DNA from: a virus
Reading direction: 5' to 3' (one strand)
IMG/VR virus record: IMGVR_UViG_3300043811_000226
Length of the DNA stretch: 64,000 bases
Below are positions 8,290 through 16,120 of this stretch, one piece after another (position 1 is the stretch's first letter; the number at the start of each line of letters is the position of its first letter). Made by a program: the position numbers and the translations under genes. The notes under the pieces are model-generated. The model was given only the letters and a program-made list of their open reading frames with translations, was not told the DNA's origin and searched no databases.

Positions 8290-10341
8290 ATGGGATGGAA
8301 CATCAACCTCCCCGATGCGGGGTGGTACGACCGCGGTACGTACGGCCTTGAGGGCCTCGTCCGCGAAGTGCTCGATCAAGACGTCGTCGCCATCGACACA
8401 GAGACGACGGGGCTGAAAGTCTGGAAGGACACGCCGCTCTTCTGGTCTCTCGCCTGGGGAGAGCACCGTCGGGTGTGCATGCCCATCACAACGCTCGACT
8501 GCTTCAAGCAGTCCTTCGGCGACGAGAGCAAGCGATGGATCTTCGCCAACGCGAAGTTCGACATGCACATGCTGGGAAACGTCGGCATCGAATTCGCCGG
8601 CGACTGCATCGACACCCAAGTCATGCACGGGCTTCTGCACGAAGAAGAGAGCCACTCGCTCAAGGACATGGCCAAGAGTGTCCTTGGATGGCGGTGGACG
8701 GACTTCTTCGACACGTTCAACCCGCTCAACGTGCCCGACCCAACCAAGCAACCGAAGAAGCTGAGAAGCGGGCTGATGTCGCAGCCCACGCGGCGAGAGA
8801 CCATCCAAGAGATGCTCATGCGCTGCTACCGCGACGACCTGCCCAAGCTCGTCGATTACGCCTCCAACGACGCGTACGGCACACTGCGCCTCTACGAGAA
8901 GCTGAAGGAAGAACTCGAGAGGACGGGCATCTATTCGCTCTACCCCGCGCAGCTGCCAACGATGGCACACATCTTCTTTCTGACCGAGGTGCCGTTCACC
9001 AAGGTCCTCTACACCTGCGAGCGCAACGGCGTGTATGTCGACAGGCCGTACTTGCAGAACCTGCGAGGTCCCATGTGGGACGAGCACGAGCAGCTACTGC
9101 GTGAGATGGTGCAGCTCTCGGGAGACCCCAACTTCAACCCGAACTCGGTCGAACAGAAGCGCGACTACTTCATCAACCACGAGGGGCTGAAGCCGCTCAT
9201 GCTGACCAAGGGGGGAAAGAGCGGCATCAAGCAACCCTCCATCGACAAGGGGTTCCTTGAGCACTACGAGCACGAGAGCCGCATGGCCGCGCTGGTCCTG
9301 CGCGACTCCAAGCTCACGAAACTCATCGGCACGTACATCGACGGCGCCGACGAGCACTTCGACCCCCACAGCCGCATCCACACACGGTTCAACCAGGACG
9401 TCGCGCGCACGGGGCGACTCTCCTCGAGCGACCCGAACCTGCAGAACATCCCTACCCCAGAGAAGGACAAGTTCCAGCTGCGCGGGGCTTTCCAGGCGCA
9501 GCCCGGCGCAGGCACGGACCTCATCGTCGGCGACTACGCGCAGCTCGAGATGCGCCTTCTCGCCTGCGCCACGGTGACAGACAAGAACCCCGAGGGCGCC
9601 CGGGAGATGATCCAGATCTTCCTCGACGGCAAGGACATCCACATGGGCAACGCCGCCATGGTGTACGGGCCCATCTACGAGAAGCAGCACGGGTGGAAGC
9701 TCACCTACGACTTCCTCAAGGAGGCGAAGAAGATCGACGGCAAGGTGAAGAGCGGAGAACTTCCCGCCACCGCACGTACCCACCAGGTCGAGTTGGCCCT
9801 CTTCGCCAGAAATGCCATAAAATCCGTTGGCTTTGGACTCAATTATGGAATGAAAGAGAACAAGCTTGCCAGGCAACTAGGCATAACCAAAGAGGAAGCG
9901 AAAGCCATCATCGACGCGTACCTAGGCACCTACCCCGCCGTCCAGGGCTTCTACGACGCCGCCATCGAGGAGACGCGCGCGACGGGCTTCTCCTTCACGC
10001 TCCTCGGCCGCCGCCGCTACCACCCCTCCATCAACAGCCCGAACGCGGGGGACCGGTGGAGCGAGGAGCGCAAGGCGGTGAACATGCAGATCCAGGGGAC
10101 GGCCGCGGATGCGGTGCGGCTCTCGATGATCCGCATCTGGCGGGCGGGGCTCGACAAGAAGTACGGGTGCCGGATGCTTCTTCAGATCCACGACGAGCTC
10201 ATGTTCGAGTGCCCCAAGGAGACGGTGGCCGAGGCGAGAGCCGAGATCACCGCCATCATGGAGCACCCGTTCCCCAACGACCTCGCGGTACCCCTCGAGG
10301 TCTCTATCGGCTCAGGGCCGAGCTGGAACAAGGCGAAGTGA
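8290..10341 (+). CDS. polA: DNA polymerase, family A (3'-5' exonuclease + polymerase)
   Basis: Exo I IDTETTG, TGRLSSSDPNLQNIP, motif A DYAQLEMR, motif B K..GFGLNYG, motif C QIHDEL; ATG 8290 follows GGAGG. Confidence 0.97.
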   Translation: MGWNINLPDAGWYDRGTYGLEGLVREVLDQDVVAIDTETTGLKVWKDTPLFWSLAWGEHRRVCMPITTLDCFKQSFGDESKRWIFANAKFDMHMLGNVGIEFAGDCIDTQVMHGLLHEEESHSLKDMAKSVLGWRWTDFFDTFNPLNVPDPTKQPKKLRSGLMSQPTRRETIQEMLMRCYRDDLPKLVDYASNDAYGTLRLYEKLKEELERTGIYSLYPAQLPTMAHIFFLTEVPFTKVLYTCERNGVYVDRPYLQNLRGPMWDEHEQLLREMVQLSGDPNFNPNSVEQKRDYFINHEGLKPLMLTKGGKSGIKQPSIDKGFLEHYEHESRMAALVLRDSKLTKLIGTYIDGADEHFDPHSRIHTRFNQDVARTGRLSSSDPNLQNIPTPEKDKFQLRGAFQAQPGAGTDLIVGDYAQLEMRLLACATVTDKNPEGAREMIQIFLDGKDIHMGNAAMVYGPIYEKQHGWKLTYDFLKEAKKIDGKVKSGELPATARTHQVELALFARNAIKSVGFGLNYGMKENKLARQLGITKEEAKAIIDAYLGTYPAVQGFYDAAIEETRATGFSFTLLGRRRYHPSINSPNAGDRWSEERKAVNMQIQGTAADAVRLSMIRIWRAGLDKKYGCRMLLQIHDELMFECPKETVAEARAEITAIMEHPFPNDLAVPLEVSIGSGPSWNKAK

Positions 10342-10343
10342 CC

Positions 10344-10688
10344 ATGGAGAGAGTGAAGAAGAGTCAGATCGACGCGCAAGTCGCTGTACTGCTCGGGAAG
10401 AAGAGGAGCGAGGTCTCCGGCATCACCGCCACGTTCTTGCGGGAGGTGGTCCGGGGACTCTCAGAGAAGGGGGAGGTCAACATGGATGGGCTGGGGAGGC
10501 TGAAGGTGATCTGCCGCCGCGGTACCCGTCAGACGACCTACACCCGCATCGGCCACAAGAAGTCGAAGCCTGCTCGTGTACACGTCCCCGAGAAGTACTA
10601 TGTGTCCTTCAAGAAGGCGGAACCACTTACGGTCGCCATCAAGGAAGCAAGAACCGGAGGTCACCATGGACAAGTTCGGAGTGGATGA
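10344..10688 (+). CDS. HU/IHF-like DNA-binding protein
   Basis: N-terminal helices, GEVNMDGLGRLKV, basic arm, YVSFKKAEPL; C-terminal part of track ORF 9693..10688. Confidence 0.75.
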   Translation: MERVKKSQIDAQVAVLLGKKRSEVSGITATFLREVVRGLSEKGEVNMDGLGRLKVICRRGTRQTTYTRIGHKKSKPARVHVPEKYYVSFKKAEPLTVAIKEARTGGHHGQVRSG

Positions 10689-10830
10689 AGGCGTGAACCA
10701 GGAAGAACTGGAGAAGGCAGCTACAGATGGCTGCCCCGTATGCGGCAAGAAGCCCACGAGGCACGGCAACGTTCTGCTGTGCCCCGTGCACGGCTCGGAG
10801 CCCTTCGAGCAGAACAAGAAGAAGACCTAG
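10666..10830 (+). CDS. Small zinc-ribbon protein
   Basis: MDKFG start with GGAGG RBS; CPVC...CPVH. Confidence 0.7.
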   Translation: MDKFGVDEGVNQEELEKAATDGCPVCGKKPTRHGNVLLCPVHGSEPFEQNKKKT

Positions 10831-10838
10831 GAGAGACC

Positions 10839-12128
10839 ATGCCGCGAATGCCCGTCACAGATCTGAACAAGGGAATCGCGCAGCTCGAAGCTGCGCTCAA
10901 CAAGAAGCCGGCTGTGAAGGGCGCCCAGGTGATGACGGACATCGATCTGGCGCCCAACACCTACTTCCTCCGGCGACCGTCAGGCATCATGTCACTCGAC
11001 ATCCACACAGGCGGGGGGCTCCCGGCGGGCGGGCTCACCTACCTGAGTGGTCCGGACGGCGCAGGGAAGACGTTCCTTCTCTACAAGTACCTCGCAATGA
11101 ACCAGAGGCTCTACGGCCTCCGCTCAAGCCTCGCTATCGGCGTGAGCGAAGCAGCGCCGGACCACTTCTTCATGAGGAAGTGCGGCGTGCAGATCTGCAT
11201 CCCGGAGCAGATGATCGCCGAGCGCGTCGCCGAACGAAAGGACCGCGGAATGCCTTCCTTCACCAAGGATCAACTGAAGGAGTTTAGGACACCAACCGTC
11301 GGTCAGCTGAAGATCCTGCGTGGCGCGAATGGTGAGGAGCTCCTCATGGCCATCTTGGCCTGCTTCGAGTCGGGTCTCTTCGACATCGTAGGCCTGGACT
11401 CTGTCTCTGCAGTACTTCCTGAAGCCGACGCCGGCAAGGACCTCGACGAGGCAGCCAAGCGCGCCGCGGCGGCGAGTATGCTCACGAGGTTCTTCCAGCA
11501 CTACCTCAACGGCACAACCGGCTACTACGGCCAGAACCCGACCACGGTCATCTTCACCTCCCAGGTGCGCTCGAACTCGAAGAAAGCCGAGGCGCCGGCG
11601 AACATCGCCAAGTACTTGCCGGACTACGCTCCCCAAGGCGCGTGGGCGGCCAAGCACGGCAAGCTCATCGACATCCTTGTGAAGGGTGGTGCCAAGGACA
11701 AGGAAGAAGTCGAGACCAACTCACAGCCTTCTTCCCTCGGCCAGGCCGTGGCGCAGAAAAAGAAGCGTGTGCAGGTCGGCAAGGTCATCAACTACGAGGT
11801 GCTCAAAGGCAAGGCTGGCGTGCACGAGGGCATCACCGGGGAGTTCGACTTCCACTTCCCCGGCAACGCTGCCGAGATGTACGACCCAACCAAGCTGCTC
11901 ACCGAGGACCAGCGCATGCTTGTCATTGCTGCCATCCAAAGTGGGCTAGCAGAAGAGAAGAACGGGTTCGTGACCTTCTACGACATGATGGGTGCTCCTA
12001 GACCCGGACTTACGAAGGTCGCTGGTATCGAACGCGTCGTCGACATCATGAAGCAGAACTTCGACGTCGAGCTGACAGTACGACGTGACCTACTCTCCGA
12101 TGCAGGCATCGAATGCGCGTATCGCTGA
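10839..12128 (+). CDS. recA: RecA-like recombinase
   Basis: SLDIHTGGGLPAG, Walker A GPDGAGKT, Walker B VGLDSV, FTSQVR; ATG after AGGAG. Confidence 0.88.
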   Translation: MPRMPVTDLNKGIAQLEAALNKKPAVKGAQVMTDIDLAPNTYFLRRPSGIMSLDIHTGGGLPAGGLTYLSGPDGAGKTFLLYKYLAMNQRLYGLRSSLAIGVSEAAPDHFFMRKCGVQICIPEQMIAERVAERKDRGMPSFTKDQLKEFRTPTVGQLKILRGANGEELLMAILACFESGLFDIVGLDSVSAVLPEADAGKDLDEAAKRAAAASMLTRFFQHYLNGTTGYYGQNPTTVIFTSQVRSNSKKAEAPANIAKYLPDYAPQGAWAAKHGKLIDILVKGGAKDKEEVETNSQPSSLGQAVAQKKKRVQVGKVINYEVLKGKAGVHEGITGEFDFHFPGNAAEMYDPTKLLTEDQRMLVIAAIQSGLAEEKNGFVTFYDMMGAPRPGLTKVAGIERVVDIMKQNFDVELTVRRDLLSDAGIECAYR

Positions 12129-12697
12129 GCGCCGAAGCACGCAACGGCATTTGCTCCAAGTGCGCCGCGGGTAGTCACGGCATCCCCATCCTCGTCATCC
12201 CTTTCATGCTCACTGTCGAAGGGCACGCCGGCGAAGCAGGGGCTCTCTGCCAGGGTTGTCTCTTCGAACCTGGGGGTCTGTCCGTTCAAGTACCCATGGA
12301 GAACTTGGCGCCCGGTCCAGCGCCTCGCAGGAAGTCGCTGAAGAAGGCAAAGAAGGCTTCCCAGCGCCTCGAACTTGACGTGGCTATCGAGCTGAGCGAG
12401 GTCTACGGCGAGGGCTCTGTCCGCACCCAGCCAGGCTCCGGCAACCAGAGGGGAGCCAAGGGCGACTTGCGCATGAAGGGTGGCCTGCGCGTGGAAGAGA
12501 AACACACGCAGGCCGAATCGTTCTCCCTCAAGCTCGACGAGCTCTACAAGATCGCCGGCGAGGCAGGAGCAGGAGAGATGCCTCTCTTCGTCATTGACTT
12601 CGTCGAACAAGGAACAAGGAAGCTGAAAGACCGCTTCGCCGTCTTGCACTTCCACGACCTGAAGGGACTCCTGCATGTCGCTCGCGAGCATCGCTGA
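12113..12697 (+). CDS. Putative Holliday-junction resolvase (PD-(D/E)XK) with N-terminal Cys pairs
   Basis: TQPGSGN..AKGD...VEEKHT...SFSLKLDEL pattern typical of phage Hjc-like resolvases; CSKC/CQGC. Confidence 0.7.
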   Translation: MRVSLSAEARNGICSKCAAGSHGIPILVIPFMLTVEGHAGEAGALCQGCLFEPGGLSVQVPMENLAPGPAPRRKSLKKAKKASQRLELDVAIELSEVYGEGSVRTQPGSGNQRGAKGDLRMKGGLRVEEKHTQAESFSLKLDELYKIAGEAGAGEMPLFVIDFVEQGTRKLKDRFAVLHFHDLKGLLHVAREHR

Positions 12698-13547
12698 CCT
12701 GAACAAGCCCATCGAGGTCCTCACCCCCTACATCGAGATGGCGAAGAAGCTCTCCGCCGTCTACGACGACTTCGTCCTGCTCGAGCAGGATGGCCACGAC
12801 CGCGAGCCCGGCATCCACGCCTCCGAGCTCTATCCGTGCCTGCGAAAGCCCGTCTACTCGCTGATGGGCGTACCGCGAAAACCGATGGTGTCGAAGTTCT
12901 GGAAGCAGCGCTTCAAAATCGGCAAGGCCACACACAAGATGCTGCAGGATGACTTCCACGCCATCGCAACGCGCTCCCAGAAGGGACACGCCATGCGCGT
13001 GGCGGCGTCGATGGCCCAGGAGATGGACTGCACTGTCGAGTTCGAGGACGAGGTGCCAGTCAACCCCAAGCACCAGCCGCTCGCCGCGCACTACCAGATC
13101 TTCTCCTCAGCGGACGGCGTCTTCGTCTTTCGCAGCAAGGCCACCAGCGAGGTCGTTTTGCGCGTGGGACTCGAGATCAAGACCGAGTCACCGGACGAGT
13201 ACGCAAAGCTCAAGGAGCCGAAGAAGGAGCACGTTCGCCAGGCCCACCTGTACATGGCGAACCTAGACCTGCCCTTGATGTGGTTCTTCTACATCAACAA
13301 AGGCAACCAGAACAACACGCCGTCGACCTCCCCGTGGCTCATCACATGGCAGCCGCAAGTCTGGGAAGAGATCGAAGCGCGCATCCAGACCGTGCACGCC
13401 TTCGCCGCTCGCGGTGAGCAACCTGAACGAAATGAGGGCATCTACTGCGAGTTCTGCCCGTGGAAGTACACATGCCAGCCGTCGAACATGACGCAGTCTC
13501 AGCGACCCCCCAGCCGAAAAGAAGACGTCCGCAGACCAGGAGCCTGA
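12675..13547 (+). CDS. Cas4-like PD-(D/E)XK exonuclease with predicted Fe-S staple
   Basis: IHASELYPCLRK, ADG, LEIKT, QAHLYM, CEFCPWKYTC (1+3 Cys arrangement). Confidence 0.8.
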   Translation: MSLASIADLNKPIEVLTPYIEMAKKLSAVYDDFVLLEQDGHDREPGIHASELYPCLRKPVYSLMGVPRKPMVSKFWKQRFKIGKATHKMLQDDFHAIATRSQKGHAMRVAASMAQEMDCTVEFEDEVPVNPKHQPLAAHYQIFSSADGVFVFRSKATSEVVLRVGLEIKTESPDEYAKLKEPKKEHVRQAHLYMANLDLPLMWFFYINKGNQNNTPSTSPWLITWQPQVWEEIEARIQTVHAFAARGEQPERNEGIYCEFCPWKYTCQPSNMTQSQRPPSRKEDVRRPGA

Positions 13548-13548
13548 C

Positions 13549-14181
13549 ATGAGAGAGCCCCAGACTGGCGGCCTCCAGCTACCGAAGGACATCGGCATCT
13601 CGGACACCGAAGTCCAAGTCATCGCCGGCCGATGGAACACCGTCGGCGACGTCGACGCCCGACTCAAAAGGTTCGGCATCCACGAAAACCAGGAGCCCGA
13701 CGTCGTCTGTCCCATTGTTACCGCGGAGGAGCTCGTCAACCCAGATCTCCAGCGGTACACCATCGTCTACGCAGCGCAGCTGCGCTGGTACAACTACGCC
13801 GTCCGTCTGCACGCGGACATCAAGGCCGTCCTCCTGGGCGTGCAAAACGAGATGTCCGACATCGAGTCCGCCAAGCGCATCCACTTCCGGCAGCGCGACG
13901 AGGGCAAGAAGGACAAGGACAAGATGTCGGCGACCGAGATGAAGGACCTCATCAACATGGACCCGGTCTACCGCGAGCTGCGTGTACAGGAGCAGCACTT
14001 CTCGCAGCAGAACCTCAAGATGAGCGCCTGGGTCGAGTCGCTCGACCGAAACCTCAAGGTCGTCTCGAGGCAGATCGAGAACCGCAAGGCGGAAGCCGCC
14101 GGCGGCATGCGTGAAGGCAACATGCCTGGCGCCACCATCGGCACTTGGGAGCAGCGGCAGGCAGCTCGTGGCGTTAGATGA
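13549..14181 (+). CDS. Coiled-coil protein, possibly UvsY-like recombination mediator
   Basis: Helical C-terminal half (INMDPVYRELR...SLDRNLKVVSRQIENR) and context next to RecA-like gene. Confidence 0.5.
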   Translation: MREPQTGGLQLPKDIGISDTEVQVIAGRWNTVGDVDARLKRFGIHENQEPDVVCPIVTAEELVNPDLQRYTIVYAAQLRWYNYAVRLHADIKAVLLGVQNEMSDIESAKRIHFRQRDEGKKDKDKMSATEMKDLINMDPVYRELRVQEQHFSQQNLKMSAWVESLDRNLKVVSRQIENRKAEAAGGMREGNMPGATIGTWEQRQAARGVR

Positions 14182-14624
14182 TCCGCCTTGAGCTGCCCTG
14201 GGTCCCGCCCACCTCGAACCTGGCCTACTTCAATCTCCCAAGAGGAGGTAGGGCGCTCACAAAGAAGGGTCGAGCCTTCCTCACGGAGACCAAGGCGCAC
14301 ATCGCTCAGCACTACCCGACCGCTCTACGCTTCTTTCGCCCGAACAAACCCTACGCGATGCTCCTACGCTTCTTCTTCAAGGACATCGAGAACAAGGGCT
14401 ACGCGAAAGGAAAGGCCGATGCGAGGTATAAGGTCTTCGACGGCGGCAACCGCACCAAGCTCCTCGAGGACGCTCTCAAGGACGCAGGAGGCATCGACGA
14501 CTCGCAGACCATGATCTCCATGTGGCAGAAAGTCTACGGGACACCCGAACGAACCGTCGTCTTCGCATGGAGCATGGAAGAAGAAAGCACCCCATTCGAT
14601 GAACTCCTACGACAGCTCACCTGA
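14178..14624 (+). CDS. RusA-like Holliday-junction resolvase
   Basis: PPTSN N-terminus; DGGNRTKLLEDALKDAGGIDDSQ matches the RusA D-x-D-N-x-x-K-x-x-x-D...DD pattern. Confidence 0.78.
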   Translation: MIRLELPWVPPTSNLAYFNLPRGGRALTKKGRAFLTETKAHIAQHYPTALRFFRPNKPYAMLLRFFFKDIENKGYAKGKADARYKVFDGGNRTKLLEDALKDAGGIDDSQTMISMWQKVYGTPERTVVFAWSMEEESTPFDELLRQLT

Positions 14625-14976
14625 CGAGTTCTACGAGCTCTTCAACCGCTGCAATCACAGTGAGCTCTATCAGATTGCGCGGCGCAACGGGCATGTAGTA
14701 TTCCCCAACGCCTCGCGCGAGACACTCATCCGACTCATCATCGGCCAAGAGATCTCTACAGCCATCGACCATGACATCGACGAGTGGCGCCTCGCCATCA
14801 TGCGGTTTCTCATCGACCACCGGCGGATGCTCGAGACCCAGATCACCTGCCCCGCCAAGTCCTTCGACCCGCATGCCTGCTTCGGGTGCGTAGACGTCCA
14901 AGTCATCAGCTGCATCACCAGCAACGGCCACGAAAACCAACGACTCATCCAGCTTCGCAAGAAGAAGACCTTGTAA
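14599..14976 (+). CDS. Hypothetical protein, Rho-N/HeH-like helix pair plus Cys cluster
   Basis: ELYQIARRNG...SRETLIRLI; CPAK...CFGC...SC. Confidence 0.55.
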   Translation: MNSYDSSPDEFYELFNRCNHSELYQIARRNGHVVFPNASRETLIRLIIGQEISTAIDHDIDEWRLAIMRFLIDHRRMLETQITCPAKSFDPHACFGCVDVQVISCITSNGHENQRLIQLRKKKTL

Positions 14977-14985
14977 GGAGAGACC

Positions 14986-15879
14986 ATGTCCGAATCGACG
15001 ATGACCCCACAGACCGCTCCCCGCGACCGCAACCGCCTCTTGACGGAGTCGCCCTTCCAGCTGCGCATCCTCGTCCAGAAACTCGGCGGTCTGTCGACCG
15101 ACGAGCAGAAGATGAGCTGGCACGACATGAAGTCGAAGGAAGCGCAGGTCGACTACGTGCTGAAGCTGCTGCTGCAGTGGGACCAAGCCAATCCCGGCGC
15201 CGCGCAAGCGCCCCCTCCTGCCGGTCCGGTTCCCACCTCGAACGGAGCGATGCCTTACCAGCCGCCTCCCATGATGCAGGCACCTCCGCAGCAGATGGTG
15301 CCACAACAGCCGCAGCAATCGATGCAGCCCGCACCACACTACGCTCCCCCTGGCGTGATGCCGCACGCTCCCATCCCTGGAGCGATGATGCAGGCACCTC
15401 CGCAAGTTCCGCAGGTCAACCCCGCCGCCGCGCAGCAGGTCCAGCAGGCCACAACCGAGACGACCAAAGCGCGCCGACAGCCGAGGACGCCCTCTGACGC
15501 ACAGGCACCGCAACCCACCGCAGACATCGGCGTCGAGATCGTCGGACTGCTAACCACGCTCAAGGCCAGCGCCGATGCACAGGTCGCTCGCTACGATCAG
15601 TTCCAATCGTACCTCACCTCGTTGCTGCAAGAAGCGTCCGACTCCAAGAACAGTCGCGTCACCGCCCTCGAAGCCAAGTACGCCGATGTCCATGCGACGC
15701 TGCAGCAGACCAACCAGTACCTGCAGTCCATCTCGCAGGTGCAGACCTGGACGCTCCTGGCTTTCCTCACCTTCATGCAGGAGAACATGGGCGCGTCGAT
15801 GACTGACCTCCTCGGAGCTGCCATCAGTGACAGCGCCACCTTCCAGCAGCTGGTGAACAAGGCCACGGGAAAAGTCTAG
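14986..15879 (+). CDS. Hypothetical protein with P/Q/M-rich linker and C-terminal coiled coil
   Basis: 297-aa ORF with AGGAG RBS; 20-nt direct repeat ATGATGCAGGCACCTCCGCA at 15271 and 15385. Confidence 0.85.
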   Translation: MSESTMTPQTAPRDRNRLLTESPFQLRILVQKLGGLSTDEQKMSWHDMKSKEAQVDYVLKLLLQWDQANPGAAQAPPPAGPVPTSNGAMPYQPPPMMQAPPQQMVPQQPQQSMQPAPHYAPPGVMPHAPIPGAMMQAPPQVPQVNPAAAQQVQQATTETTKARRQPRTPSDAQAPQPTADIGVEIVGLLTTLKASADAQVARYDQFQSYLTSLLQEASDSKNSRVTALEAKYADVHATLQQTNQYLQSISQVQTWTLLAFLTFMQENMGASMTDLLGAAISDSATFQQLVNKATGKV

Positions 15880-16079
15880 TCGCCGTACTCGAAGACACGT
15901 GGCCTGGGTGCGTACGCCCCTCGACCGTAGACATTCTGCGCTACGACGAGGCTGCCATCGATGCTCTGAGCGACGCGTCGGTCCTACTACTCGCCCGCCA
16001 GGTCGGGGTTCTGGTTGATGAAGAGATCCAGTTCCCTGCCCTGGTGCGAGTGCGGCTAAAGCGCAACACCTACCAATAG
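15867..16079 (+). CDS. Start-less -1 frame ORF (~69 codons), candidate programmed-frameshift extension of the 14986 gene
   Basis: Slippery heptamer G GGA AAA at 15867-15873; -1 frame open to TAG 16077-16079 with no early ATG/GTG/TTG; fills the gap to the terminator. Confidence 0.55.
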   Translation, partial: GKSLVAVLEDTWPGCVRPSTVDILRYDEAAIDALSDASVLLLARQVGVLVDEEIQFPALVRVRLKRNTYQ

Positions 16080-16083
16080 AAAG

Positions 16084-16115
16084 GGTCGCTCTCCTTCGGG
16101 AGGGCGGCCTTTTTT
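16084..16115 (+). terminator. Rho-independent terminator at the convergence of replication and tail modules
   Basis: Stem GGTCGCTCTCC/GGAGGGCGGCC with TTCG tetraloop, then T6; A-run on the other side suggests bidirectional use. Confidence 0.9.
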
Positions 16116-16120
16116 CTTAG

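Noticed and set aside
9693-10343. 331-aa track ORF 9693..10688 as one gene
   Set aside because: The first ~215 codons are an Arg-rich shadow frame of polA; only the part from ATG 10344 is HU-like.
4450-12128. Inteins or introns in dnaB, polA or recA
   Set aside because: Protein lengths and motif spacing are continuous; no C/S...HN splice junctions or LAGLIDADG blocks seen.
12675-13547. CRISPR-Cas locus
   Set aside because: The Cas4-like gene is solitary in a recombination operon; no cas1/cas2 or array.
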